In this document: positions 37,106 through 45,815 of the stretch, piece after piece | How the letters are laid out: each line of letters opens with the position of its first letter | Position numbering within the stretch: the first letter of the stretch is position 1 | Source of the DNA: a virus | Lineage: Duplodnaviria > Caudoviricetes | IMG/VR virus record: IMGVR_UViG_3300020598_000002 | Span: 1-62,695 of that record | DNA: 62,695 nucleotides | Strand: one strand, 5' to 3' | Position numbers and translations under genes: made by a program | The notes under the pieces: model-generated | Told to the model about the DNA's origin: nothing | Databases searched by the model: none | What the model saw: the letters and a program-made list of their open reading frames with translations, nothing else

Positions 37106-37268
37106 CCCCGGCCTCGATCAGACCGATCGAATACATCCAGAGCGCCTTTCGCGCAGCCGTGATGATGACGTGTGCGTCCTTAGTCGCGCCCGGCGCTGTG
37201 CCCAGCACATCCAAGGCCCGCTTCAGGCGGTCATCAACCTCATTCTCGCTTAAAGGCTTGTCGTCCAA

Positions 37269-37697
37269 ATGGCTGATCCGGTCGAGGTCGCTATCGAGGC
37301 GGCGCTGCTCGCGCATCTTGGCATTTTCGCCGCTGCGCAGTCGCCTGTCATCACAATAGCACAGCCGAATGTTGCGTTCACTCCGCCGTCGCCTGTGACC
37401 CCGACCACCCGCTGGCTCCGGGCCACGTTCCTGCCCGTCCGGCCAACCCGCATCATTTCCGGCCCAAACACGCATTCCGGGCTGTTTCAGGTGGACGCGT
37501 TCTATGGGGCAGGGGGCGGCGAACTGGCCCCCGCCCGCACCGCATCGGCCCTGATCGAACACTACCGGGACCAGCGCCTGAAACGCGACGGCTTCACGAT
37601 CCAGATCAATCAACTGCCCTTTCGCGATCCACTGGTCACGGACAGCCCGTGGGTCTTCATCCCTGTCCGGATTCCCTACCAGTGCTTCGCATCATAG
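37269..37697 (+). CDS. Tail terminator protein
   Basis: IAQPNVAFTPP, GLFQVD, IPVRIPY; position before the major tail protein. Confidence 0.75.
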   Translation: MADPVEVAIEAALLAHLGIFAAAQSPVITIAQPNVAFTPPSPVTPTTRWLRATFLPVRPTRIISGPNTHSGLFQVDAFYGAGGGELAPARTASALIEHYRDQRLKRDGFTIQINQLPFRDPLVTDSPWVFIPVRIPYQCFAS

Positions 37698-37706
37698 GAG
37701 GCGAGA

Positions 37707-38198
37707 ATGTCAGACCTTTATCCCGTTGCGGGGTGCCGCTTCTATATCGGCAATGCCCCGATGGCCACCCAGGCCACCGATTTCGTTGCGGCGGATTTCA
37801 ATTCCGTGACGTGGATCGAAGTCGATGGCTGGTCGCAGGCCGGTGCGCTTGGCGATGCCGGCGCGCTCATCACCACCGCGCTGATCAATCGCGGCCGCGA
37901 CTACAAGCAGAAGGGCACAGCCAACGCCGGCTCGATGCAGAACGTATTCGGAATCATTCCGGGTGATGCCGGGCAGGCCGCGCTTCTTGCAGCCGGAGAC
38001 GCATCGAACAAGAACAACTATCCGTTCAAGGTGCTGCTGAACGATCCCACGGGATCTCCGGCCACCGCGTCAAAGCGCCTGTTCGTCGGCCTGGTCACGT
38101 CCGCTCAGGAAGCCATGGGCGAGGCGAACACCATCCAGAACCTCAACGCGACAGTCGAAATCAACTCGAACATCGTTCGCATCGCAGCGGGTGAGTAA
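37707..38198 (+). CDS. Major tail tube protein
   Basis: GALGD...INRGRDYKQKGTANAGSM...LNATVEINSNIV. Confidence 0.8.
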   Translation: MSDLYPVAGCRFYIGNAPMATQATDFVAADFNSVTWIEVDGWSQAGALGDAGALITTALINRGRDYKQKGTANAGSMQNVFGIIPGDAGQAALLAAGDASNKNNYPFKVLLNDPTGSPATASKRLFVGLVTSAQEAMGEANTIQNLNATVEINSNIVRIAAGE

Positions 38199-38766
38199 TG
38201 GCTGACGGCGAGGTCGAGATCGAACTCGGAGCGGAGGACGAGCGAAAGCCGTTCACGCTTCGATGCACGCCGCGCGCGTTCAAGGCGGTCAACCAGCTCG
38301 GCGGATTTTCCAACGTGTTCCGCCGCCTGGCAGAATTCGATGCGGACGCTTACGACGCGGTGATCGCCGCCGGGCTCAACAAGCGCCCCGGCGACGTGTC
38401 GGAACTGGTCTTCAAAACTGGCCTTCCTGACCTGACCGCTCCGCTGTCGGAATTCGTCTCGCAACTCATGAACGGCGGAAGGCCGATCAAGGCAGACGAG
38501 CCGGGCGGCGACGAAAAAAACTGATCACCCCCGCTGAATTTCTCGACGAGATTGAGAAGTTCTGCGGGGGCTGGCTTGGCTGGACCGAGGATCAGTTTCT
38601 GGACTCCTCGCTTTCCTACATCCGCAACGCACAGGCCGGCCGCGACGAGATGTTGCGAGCCATTTTCGGCGGCGGCGACAAGCCAGCCGATCCGAAAGCG
38701 CCATCCGTTGCGTCCCGTCCCATGTCCCCCGCCCTGTTTGACGCCCTGTTCGGAGCCAAGAAATGA
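38198..38766 (+). CDS. Tail assembly chaperone gpG (38198-38524) with a -1 frameshift extension gpGT to 38766
   Basis: Slippery GAAAAAAAC (A7 at 38514-38520) just before TGA; the -1 frame is open (GWLGWT...LFDALFG) to a stop overlapping the tape measure ATG. Confidence 0.85.
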
Positions 38767-40982
38767 CGATCGCCGAACTTGGGTTCAAAATCGACAGCGG
38801 CCCGGCCGCTGCCGCATCGCGCGAACTCGACAAACTCCGCGCGTCCGCAAAGGGCGTGGAGGATCAATACAAGAAGGTCGAACGCGCCGCCGCGATGGGC
38901 GGGCAGAGCCAACGCGGCTATTCGCAGGCCCTGCAGCAAGCTTATGGCATCCAGGAAAAGCTCACCGCGTCGCAGGTCAAGGCGATCCGCGCACTTGAGA
39001 CCCAGATCGCCAAGACCGAATTGCTGAACGCCGGGCAGAAGCGCGAGGCCGCGCAACTCGTCGCGCTGCGTCAGGCCGGCACCACGGCAAACACCGCCTA
39101 TGGCCGCACCGTCGCGGGCCTCGCCGGTCAGCTTTATGATCTTGAGCAGGCGCAGAACAAGACGGATCGGTCTGCCGGGAATCTCGCGAACACGCTGACC
39201 AAGAGGTTCATTACTGGATTCCTCGTCCTCCAACTGAAGGAAGCGGCGCGCGCCGTTCTCAATCTCAACACCGAACTCGCCAAGGTCGGAGACACCGCGC
39301 AGCGCACCGGCATCAACTCGGGGAATTTGCAGGGCTTCCAATTCGCCGCGCAGGTGAAGGGGAATAACCCGGCCGAATTCCTCGACACGATGCTCAAATT
39401 CAACCGAGAGGTCGGGGAGGCGCAGCGCGGTCTTGGTTCGCTGGCCACGCTTTTCCGCGCCAATGGTTTGGCGGCCAAGGACACCGAGGACGCATTCCTT
39501 AAGGTCGCTGATCTGGTTCGGAATTCCAGAACCGAGGCGGACAAGTTCTCGATCCTCCAGCAAGCCGGGCTCCCCGCCACGCGGGAAATGGTCAAGCTGA
39601 TGGAGCAGGGCGCGGATGCGATCCGGCGACAGGCCGCTGAGGCGAGCAAGATCCCGGATGCCGAAATCGAACTGGCGCGCAGGCGAGATGAGCAATTCGC
39701 GGCGCTCGTGGCGCGTCTGGAGAAGTACGGCAAGCAGGCCGCACTCGCATTCTTCGACCCGGAGGTTTGGAAGCAGGCCGCGGTTGCTGCGCTTCCGATG
39801 GGGCTCGGCCGACTGTGGCAGGGTGCGGCAGGCTTGGCGCCATCGCTCCCGGCATTTGGGGGGACTCCGCCGGCGCAAGAGCGGATCCACGACCGCAATC
39901 TCGGGGCCCTCCCGCCTCTCCCGGCCACCGCCAGCGGGCAGAACAAGCCGACCGTAGACCCCGAGGTCATCCAGCGCCTCAACGCGCTTGAACAACAGCG
40001 GACCACCCTTCTGGGCCAGACCGCTACCGTTGGTGATCAGGTCCGCGCCGTCGAAATCCAGATCGCTCAGGCCCGGATGCAGGGCGTCAACATCACAAAG
40101 GCGGAGGCCGAAAACCTGACCCGCCTTGCCCGTGAACGCGCGCTCGGAATCGACCAGATCAAGGCGCAGGCCGACGCGTACCGGATCGAAGCTGAGACGA
40201 TCGGCATGTCCACGGGACAGGCCGTCGCCTATCGCGCCGAACAGGAGCGCATCAACGAGGCCAAGCGCAACGGCGTCCCGCTGACGCACGAGAATATCGA
40301 GGCGATCCGGCGTGAAGCCGAGGCAATGGGTCAAGCCGCCCAACGCGCAGAGGATTTGCGCTTTGCCCATGACACGATGCGCGGCGTGTTCATGGACTTC
40401 GGTCGCGCGATCCGCAACGGAGCCAGTGCATGGGAGGCGTTCCGAGAGGCCGGAGCGAATGCGCTGAACAAGATCGCCGACAAGCTGATGCAGATGGCCG
40501 CTGATAATCTGTGGGCCGCAGCGTTCGGCGGGGCGGGCGGCGGTGGCGGCCTTGGCATATTCGGGTCGCTTTTCGGCGCTTCGGGCGGCGCGCCAGCCAT
40601 TGGCGTGGTGGGGGCTGCCGGTGGCATGGCAGTGCCGACGTTCTTTGCGTCCGGTGGCTACACAGGACCAGGTGGGAAATACGAGCCGGCCGGCGTCGTT
40701 CACCGCGACGAATTTGTGCTGCGACAGGAAGCGGTAAAGCGCATCGGCGTCCCGCGCCTCAACGCCATGAATCGTGGCTATGCAGAAGGCGGGCTGGTCG
40801 GTTCGATGCGCCCGGCGAGCAACGACAACAGCATGTCGATCTCCATTCCGGTCTCAATCTCTGGCGGAGATATCGACGCCGAGAAAACCGCGAAGATGAT
40901 CAAGGCCGCACTGCGCAGTCCCGAGATGGATGCGCGGATCACGGATTCGGTGCGGAAGGCGAAGCAGAGGCGCGCGCTTTGA
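38763..40982 (+). CDS. Tape measure protein
   Basis: 739 aa, Ala/Gln-rich helical, MTIAELGFKIDS start, FASGGYTGPGGKYEPAGVVHRDEFV. Confidence 0.92.
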   Translation: MTIAELGFKIDSGPAAAASRELDKLRASAKGVEDQYKKVERAAAMGGQSQRGYSQALQQAYGIQEKLTASQVKAIRALETQIAKTELLNAGQKREAAQLVALRQAGTTANTAYGRTVAGLAGQLYDLEQAQNKTDRSAGNLANTLTKRFITGFLVLQLKEAARAVLNLNTELAKVGDTAQRTGINSGNLQGFQFAAQVKGNNPAEFLDTMLKFNREVGEAQRGLGSLATLFRANGLAAKDTEDAFLKVADLVRNSRTEADKFSILQQAGLPATREMVKLMEQGADAIRRQAAEASKIPDAEIELARRRDEQFAALVARLEKYGKQAALAFFDPEVWKQAAVAALPMGLGRLWQGAAGLAPSLPAFGGTPPAQERIHDRNLGALPPLPATASGQNKPTVDPEVIQRLNALEQQRTTLLGQTATVGDQVRAVEIQIAQARMQGVNITKAEAENLTRLARERALGIDQIKAQADAYRIEAETIGMSTGQAVAYRAEQERINEAKRNGVPLTHENIEAIRREAEAMGQAAQRAEDLRFAHDTMRGVFMDFGRAIRNGASAWEAFREAGANALNKIADKLMQMAADNLWAAAFGGAGGGGGLGIFGSLFGASGGAPAIGVVGAAGGMAVPTFFASGGYTGPGGKYEPAGVVHRDEFVLRQEAVKRIGVPRLNAMNRGYAEGGLVGSMRPASNDNSMSISIPVSISGGDIDAEKTAKMIKAALRSPEMDARITDSVRKAKQRRAL

Positions 40983-41626
40983 CCATCACATATCCCCGCA
41001 CCGATATCATGGCCTATTGCGGCTACCAGCCAGACGCCGTGCCGTTGCGCCTGCAATCGAGGCAGGAAATCTCCCGCACCGCCAGCGGCGTCACGATCGG
41101 CAAAGACCTTGGCCCGGCGATCTGGATGGGGGAATTCGTCACTCAGCCTCTCGCGCTCGACGACATGGTCGATTTCGAGGCCATCCTGAACTCGCTCGAT
41201 GGCGTGGTCCGGCAATTCGAAGCGGGGGATCTCCGTCGACCATACCCGAAGGCGCACCCGACCGGATCGTTCAATGAAACCGCCTATCTCTCCGCGGTGC
41301 AGGCCGGCGGGGGGGCGATAAAGATAAACGGAACAGACATCGGCTTCACCGTCTCGCGTGGTGACTATCTCGCGTTCGATTATCCGGACGGCAGGCGCGC
41401 CCTGCATCAAGCCATGGAGACCGTGACGTCGGTATCGGGCGGCGAGACTTCATATTTCGAAGTGCGGCCGCGCCTCATCATGCCATCTGTCGCGTTGTCA
41501 CCGTCCATCACGGTTCGGTTCAAGAACCCCACCGGCCTCTTCTGTCTCGTCCCCGGCTCGGTTCAGTCACAGATGACCGGCGGCGAGCACGGCGTCGTGC
41601 GGTTTCAGGCCGTGCAGTCGTTCTGA
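40979..41626 (+). CDS. Distal tail protein
   Basis: TTG start overlapping the tape measure stop; SRTASG...DLGPAIW, FEVRP. Confidence 0.7.
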   Translation: MTITYPRTDIMAYCGYQPDAVPLRLQSRQEISRTASGVTIGKDLGPAIWMGEFVTQPLALDDMVDFEAILNSLDGVVRQFEAGDLRRPYPKAHPTGSFNETAYLSAVQAGGGAIKINGTDIGFTVSRGDYLAFDYPDGRRALHQAMETVTSVSGGETSYFEVRPRLIMPSVALSPSITVRFKNPTGLFCLVPGSVQSQMTGGEHGVVRFQAVQSF

Positions 41627-42303
41627 TGCGTCAGCGTCCCCCCCAAATCATCGCCGCGCTCGAAGCCCGCTCGCTCGTCGCCCGCGATTTCCTCTGGATC
41701 ATCGCGCGTGATCGGGAAAGCGGCGCGGCCGTACCGGATGGCTACTGGTCGGGGATTGGCACGACGGTTGCGGATGTCGTCGATCCGGAGACTGGCAATG
41801 TGGTGTCCCGCTCATTCGACGGAGCGGCGGGACTGATCGAGATATCGGCGATCAAGCGCGTTTCGAATGTCAGTGTCCAGAACTTCACGGTGACGCTGTC
41901 GCAGGTCGCCGATCGCGTGAATGAGCTTGTTCGCACCTATGACTGCAAGCTGGCCAAGGTGCAGGTTTTCCGTGCGCTGTATGACCCGGAAACCGGCGAA
42001 ATGATTGAGCAGGCGGAGTGCCGGGCCTTCGGGTTCATCGACGATATCAAGATCACGACGCCTCCAGAGGGCGAAGAGGGATCGGTTGTTCTGACCTGCA
42101 CCACGCACACGCAGGAAATGACCCGGGCGAACTCCGACACCCGTTCGGATGAATCGCAGAAGGTCCGCAGCGAGACTGATGCGTTCTTTGCCGACACCGC
42201 TGTTGTCGGTGATTGGGAAATGTTCTGGGGCAAGACCAATGGGAAGATCGTGACGCAGCAATGGACGATGCGCGAGATCGTCAGCAAGGCATTCGGCCAG
42301 TGA
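41626..42303 (+). CDS. Tail tip/baseplate protein
   Basis: 225 aa, GFIDD, RSDESQ, ends FWG; position in the tail tip module. Confidence 0.7.
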   Translation: MRQRPPQIIAALEARSLVARDFLWIIARDRESGAAVPDGYWSGIGTTVADVVDPETGNVVSRSFDGAAGLIEISAIKRVSNVSVQNFTVTLSQVADRVNELVRTYDCKLAKVQVFRALYDPETGEMIEQAECRAFGFIDDIKITTPPEGEEGSVVLTCTTHTQEMTRANSDTRSDESQKVRSETDAFFADTAVVGDWEMFWGKTNGKIVTQQWTMREIVSKAFGQ

Positions 42304-42761
42304 TCCGTCACGCAACGCCTGCCGACCGCGACGCTGTTGTCGCGATGATGCCGCGTGCCAATCTGTCGGCGGGCTTTGGCCCGGAAGGGATCATGCCGCT
42401 CGATCCGTCGCCGGCGCGGCTCGTGCTGCTGTTCGATCAGCATCTCGCGCATAGCGATGCGTGCCTGATCGTTTATGCGCCGAATGAGACGCCCGAAGGG
42501 TTTCTGATGGCGGCGCTGTTCGCTCACCCGTTCGATCCGCGGCACCGGATTGCAAAGGACACCGCCTGGTGGATTGAGGAAGGATGCCGCGGTCGTCTGT
42601 CGATCGTGAACGGGATGCTCGATGCCTATGAGGGCTGGGCGCGCTCGCGCTCATGCACCTATTCGGGGATGGCCGGGATGGGAAAAGACCCGAAGGTTGG
42701 GCGCATCTATGAGCGGCGCGGCTATGTCGCGGCCGAAACGCACTTTCTGAAGAAGCTCTGA
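42300..42761 (+). CDS. GNAT-fold acetyltransferase-like protein
   Basis: IRHATPAD, WWIEEGCRG, RIYERRGY. Confidence 0.75.
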   Translation: MIRHATPADRDAVVAMMPRANLSAGFGPEGIMPLDPSPARLVLLFDQHLAHSDACLIVYAPNETPEGFLMAALFAHPFDPRHRIAKDTAWWIEEGCRGRLSIVNGMLDAYEGWARSRSCTYSGMAGMGKDPKVGRIYERRGYVAAETHFLKKL

Positions 42762-42764
42762 TCG

Positions 42765-45700
42765 ATGCCGCTTTTTACTGCCGTCGGCGCTGCAATCTTC
42801 GGCGCTGGCACATTCCTCGCGGGTGCGACAGCGTTCGGTCTGCAGGTCGCAGCCGGCGTCGGCATGAACCTGCTTGCCCAGCAGATATCGGGCGTCTCGT
42901 CAGACAGGCCGTCGTCCGGGCCCGGATTTTCGGTTCAGGGCACGCTTGGTTCAGGCGCGGATCACCCGCGGTCTTTCGTGATGGGATGGCGGGCGACGGC
43001 GGGCTCGCTCGTTTACGCGAATACGTGGGGCAATTTCGGCAGCGCACCGAATGCGTTTTTGTCCCAAGTTATAGCCCTGAGCGATATGCCGGTTCGTCCC
43101 GCGGACGAGGGGCTTGTCGGCCTGTGGGTTAACGGCGAGTTCTGCACAATCGATTGGGATAGCGCCCTTCCAAATCTCGGATGCCCAGTCAAAGAGTATT
43201 TTGGGAAAAGCATAGAAGAAACGGACGGCACGCGCGATCATCTGTGGGTCAAGTTCTATGACGGCACACAGACGGAAGCGGATTCGTTTCTGACCGGAAC
43301 GGTATCGTCGGCGGAGCGTCCATACGGAAGCGAGCGTGTCGGAACGGGCGTCGCTTATGCGGTTGTCACCGCACTACTCAACGATCATCTGTTTTCCAGC
43401 GCGCCGAAGTTCAAGTTCGAACTGTCGGGCATCCCGCTCTATGACCCGTCGAAGGATACGTCAGTCGGCGGTGACGGCGATCAACGCTGGGATGACCCCG
43501 AAACGTGGGGCGGTGACGGCGATCATCTGCCGGCGGTGCAGATCTACAACCTTCTGCGCGGGGTCCATTACAAAGGGGAATGGCTGTATGGCCTGCAAGG
43601 CGTCACCGCGGCACGGCTCCCGGCCGCCCACTGGATCACGCAGATCGAGAAATGCCGTGAGGCAGTGAGCAAGCCTGGCGGTGGCACCGAGCCACGCTAT
43701 CGGTCCAGCATCGAGATATTCGTCAACAATGATCTGGCTTCTGCAATCGAAACCCTTCTGACGGCATGTCAGGGCAAGCTCACGGAATCCGGTGGCGTCT
43801 ACAAACTCTATTGCGGCGCGCCGGATGAAGCGGTGATGTCGTTCACCGACGACGATATCATTTCGACCGAAGAGCAGACCTTCACGCCGTTTTTCGGTCT
43901 TTCGGACACCGTCACCGGGCTGACCGCGACCTATCCCTCGCCAGAAGAGGGATGGAACAGCAAGCCGGCGAAGCCGATCTATCGGGCGGAGTATGAGACG
44001 AAGGCGGGAGGCCGGCGACTCCTTGCCGATGTCTCGCTCGATGCCGTGCCTTATGACCGGCAGGTCCAGCAGCTCATGCGCGAGGCGTTGCAGGAGGCGC
44101 AGCGCGCCCGGCGGCACACGCACACGCTGCCGCCGCGGTTTTGGCCTATCGAGCCGGGCGACATTCTGGAGTGGACATCGGTTCGCAACGGCTACTCCGG
44201 GAAGAAATTCCGGGTCGACGGCGTCGTCGATCAGCCGAACCTTGATGTCCTGGTCGACCTCACGGAAGTCGACCCGGCTGACTATGACTGGAACACTGGC
44301 AGTCACTATGTTGCGCCGGTTATCGGCCCGACCGGGATTGTCCGCCCCGCCGCGCAGGCCATAGCGGAGTTTGATGCCCAGCCGTATATCGTGCGCGATG
44401 GCCTCGGCCTTCCGCGCAGAGCAACCATCATCTGCACTTGGGACCCGCAGACCGACGACGTCACCGGGCTGTTCTATGAGGTCCGGCTCGCTGCCAATCA
44501 TGATCAGATATTTCGCGGCCGGTTCAATGCCCCCGGTGCTGCCAGCGGCATCGTCCCGCAAGACCTTTTGCCGAACACCGCCTATCAGGCGCGGGGCCGC
44601 TTTATCCCCGGTTCACCGCGACCGACCGACTGGTCGGAATGGGTCAATGTCACGACGCCCGATGCGTCGTTCAGCCTCGATGATTTCAATGCCGCTGTTC
44701 GCCACGAGGTCAACACCAAGATTGCGCAGATCAGGGCCGAGATCGATGCGTCTAATCAGCTTCTCGCAACGCTGATCGCAGATCAGGATGCGGGCAACCA
44801 GGAAGACAAGGCGCGAGTCCTCCACGAGATCATCCGCGCCCGCGGAAATCTTCGGGCGGCATGGACCAAGGATATCTCGGTTGCGGTTGGTCCCAATAGC
44901 GCGCTCGCTCAGGCTGTCGAGCAGGTCTCGGCCGCGGTTGGCAACGTCGAAGCGAACCTGAAGGTCCGCTTCATTGCAGGTGTCGCGCCAGAGGGTGCGC
45001 TGGCGCAATACGATGCGGTAGCCACGGCCGAGAGTGCGATGGCCGGCCTGTCCATCGTCGCGTTCGATGACGGAATGGGCGGGGCCTACGGTCAGGTTCG
45101 CATCATCGGCGATCGGTTTTATGTGACGGGCACGGGGGCCGGTGCTGTCCCGGTCTTCATCGTCGATACCGAACCGGAGACCCCGAAAATCTATCTGAAC
45201 GGCGACATCATCGCGCCGGGCTCGATCACGGCCGCGATGATCAGCGCCGGCGCGATCGAGGCAATCCTTGCCCAATTTGACATCGCCAACATTACCGACC
45301 TGACCGCCGCGAACATCAACTCGAACTACGCGATCTATAACTTCGTTGCGCGCAATGTAGCGGCTTTCAATTACACCGGGACCTATGTGCAGCCGCCCGG
45401 TGGCGGTTCGGCAGTTAGTCATGTCACGCCGGATTTAATCGACAAGACCTTCGTTGCTGATGCGCGCACGAACGGAATTGTGATGCTGATCGGGGTGAAC
45501 GCCGCCGGCCTTGGAGGAATCGGCAGCCAGACTGTCATCAATGCGTGGCTTGTGGTGACGCAGAATGGCGTCCCGATATTCGACAACTACGTTGCATCCA
45601 GTTCTTCATCTGCGGCCCCTGCTATTGGAGCAACGATTCAACAATATCTTGATGTCGCACCTGGATCGACGATCCGGGTGCGGCTCTACTATCGCCTCAA

Positions 45701-45809
45701 CCGGGCAGTTCCGGGCAACTCTACGCCCAATAACATCGTTCACACCTTCAGCTTCACATCACCGGCCGGCGGCACGTCGCTTGTATTGCTGGCCCCGAAC
45801 GGAACCTAG
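42765..45809 (+). CDS. Tail tip/central fibre (host-specificity J-like)
   Basis: 1014 aa; ATAGSLVY, GIPLYDP, IEPGD, FN3-like segment, coiled coil, divergent C-terminus. Confidence 0.85.
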   Translation: MPLFTAVGAAIFGAGTFLAGATAFGLQVAAGVGMNLLAQQISGVSSDRPSSGPGFSVQGTLGSGADHPRSFVMGWRATAGSLVYANTWGNFGSAPNAFLSQVIALSDMPVRPADEGLVGLWVNGEFCTIDWDSALPNLGCPVKEYFGKSIEETDGTRDHLWVKFYDGTQTEADSFLTGTVSSAERPYGSERVGTGVAYAVVTALLNDHLFSSAPKFKFELSGIPLYDPSKDTSVGGDGDQRWDDPETWGGDGDHLPAVQIYNLLRGVHYKGEWLYGLQGVTAARLPAAHWITQIEKCREAVSKPGGGTEPRYRSSIEIFVNNDLASAIETLLTACQGKLTESGGVYKLYCGAPDEAVMSFTDDDIISTEEQTFTPFFGLSDTVTGLTATYPSPEEGWNSKPAKPIYRAEYETKAGGRRLLADVSLDAVPYDRQVQQLMREALQEAQRARRHTHTLPPRFWPIEPGDILEWTSVRNGYSGKKFRVDGVVDQPNLDVLVDLTEVDPADYDWNTGSHYVAPVIGPTGIVRPAAQAIAEFDAQPYIVRDGLGLPRRATIICTWDPQTDDVTGLFYEVRLAANHDQIFRGRFNAPGAASGIVPQDLLPNTAYQARGRFIPGSPRPTDWSEWVNVTTPDASFSLDDFNAAVRHEVNTKIAQIRAEIDASNQLLATLIADQDAGNQEDKARVLHEIIRARGNLRAAWTKDISVAVGPNSALAQAVEQVSAAVGNVEANLKVRFIAGVAPEGALAQYDAVATAESAMAGLSIVAFDDGMGGAYGQVRIIGDRFYVTGTGAGAVPVFIVDTEPETPKIYLNGDIIAPGSITAAMISAGAIEAILAQFDIANITDLTAANINSNYAIYNFVARNVAAFNYTGTYVQPPGGGSAVSHVTPDLIDKTFVADARTNGIVMLIGVNAAGLGGIGSQTVINAWLVVTQNGVPIFDNYVASSSSSAAPAIGATIQQYLDVAPGSTIRVRLYYRLNRAVPGNSTPNNIVHTFSFTSPAGGTSLVLLAPNGT

Positions 45810-45815
45810 ATTCGC

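Noticed and set aside
38616-40703. 695-aa minus-strand ORF and similar long antisense ORFs (33063-34358, 20295-21920, 24332-25450, 43461-44561)
   Set aside because: Shadow frames of well-supported plus-strand genes in high-GC DNA; no motifs
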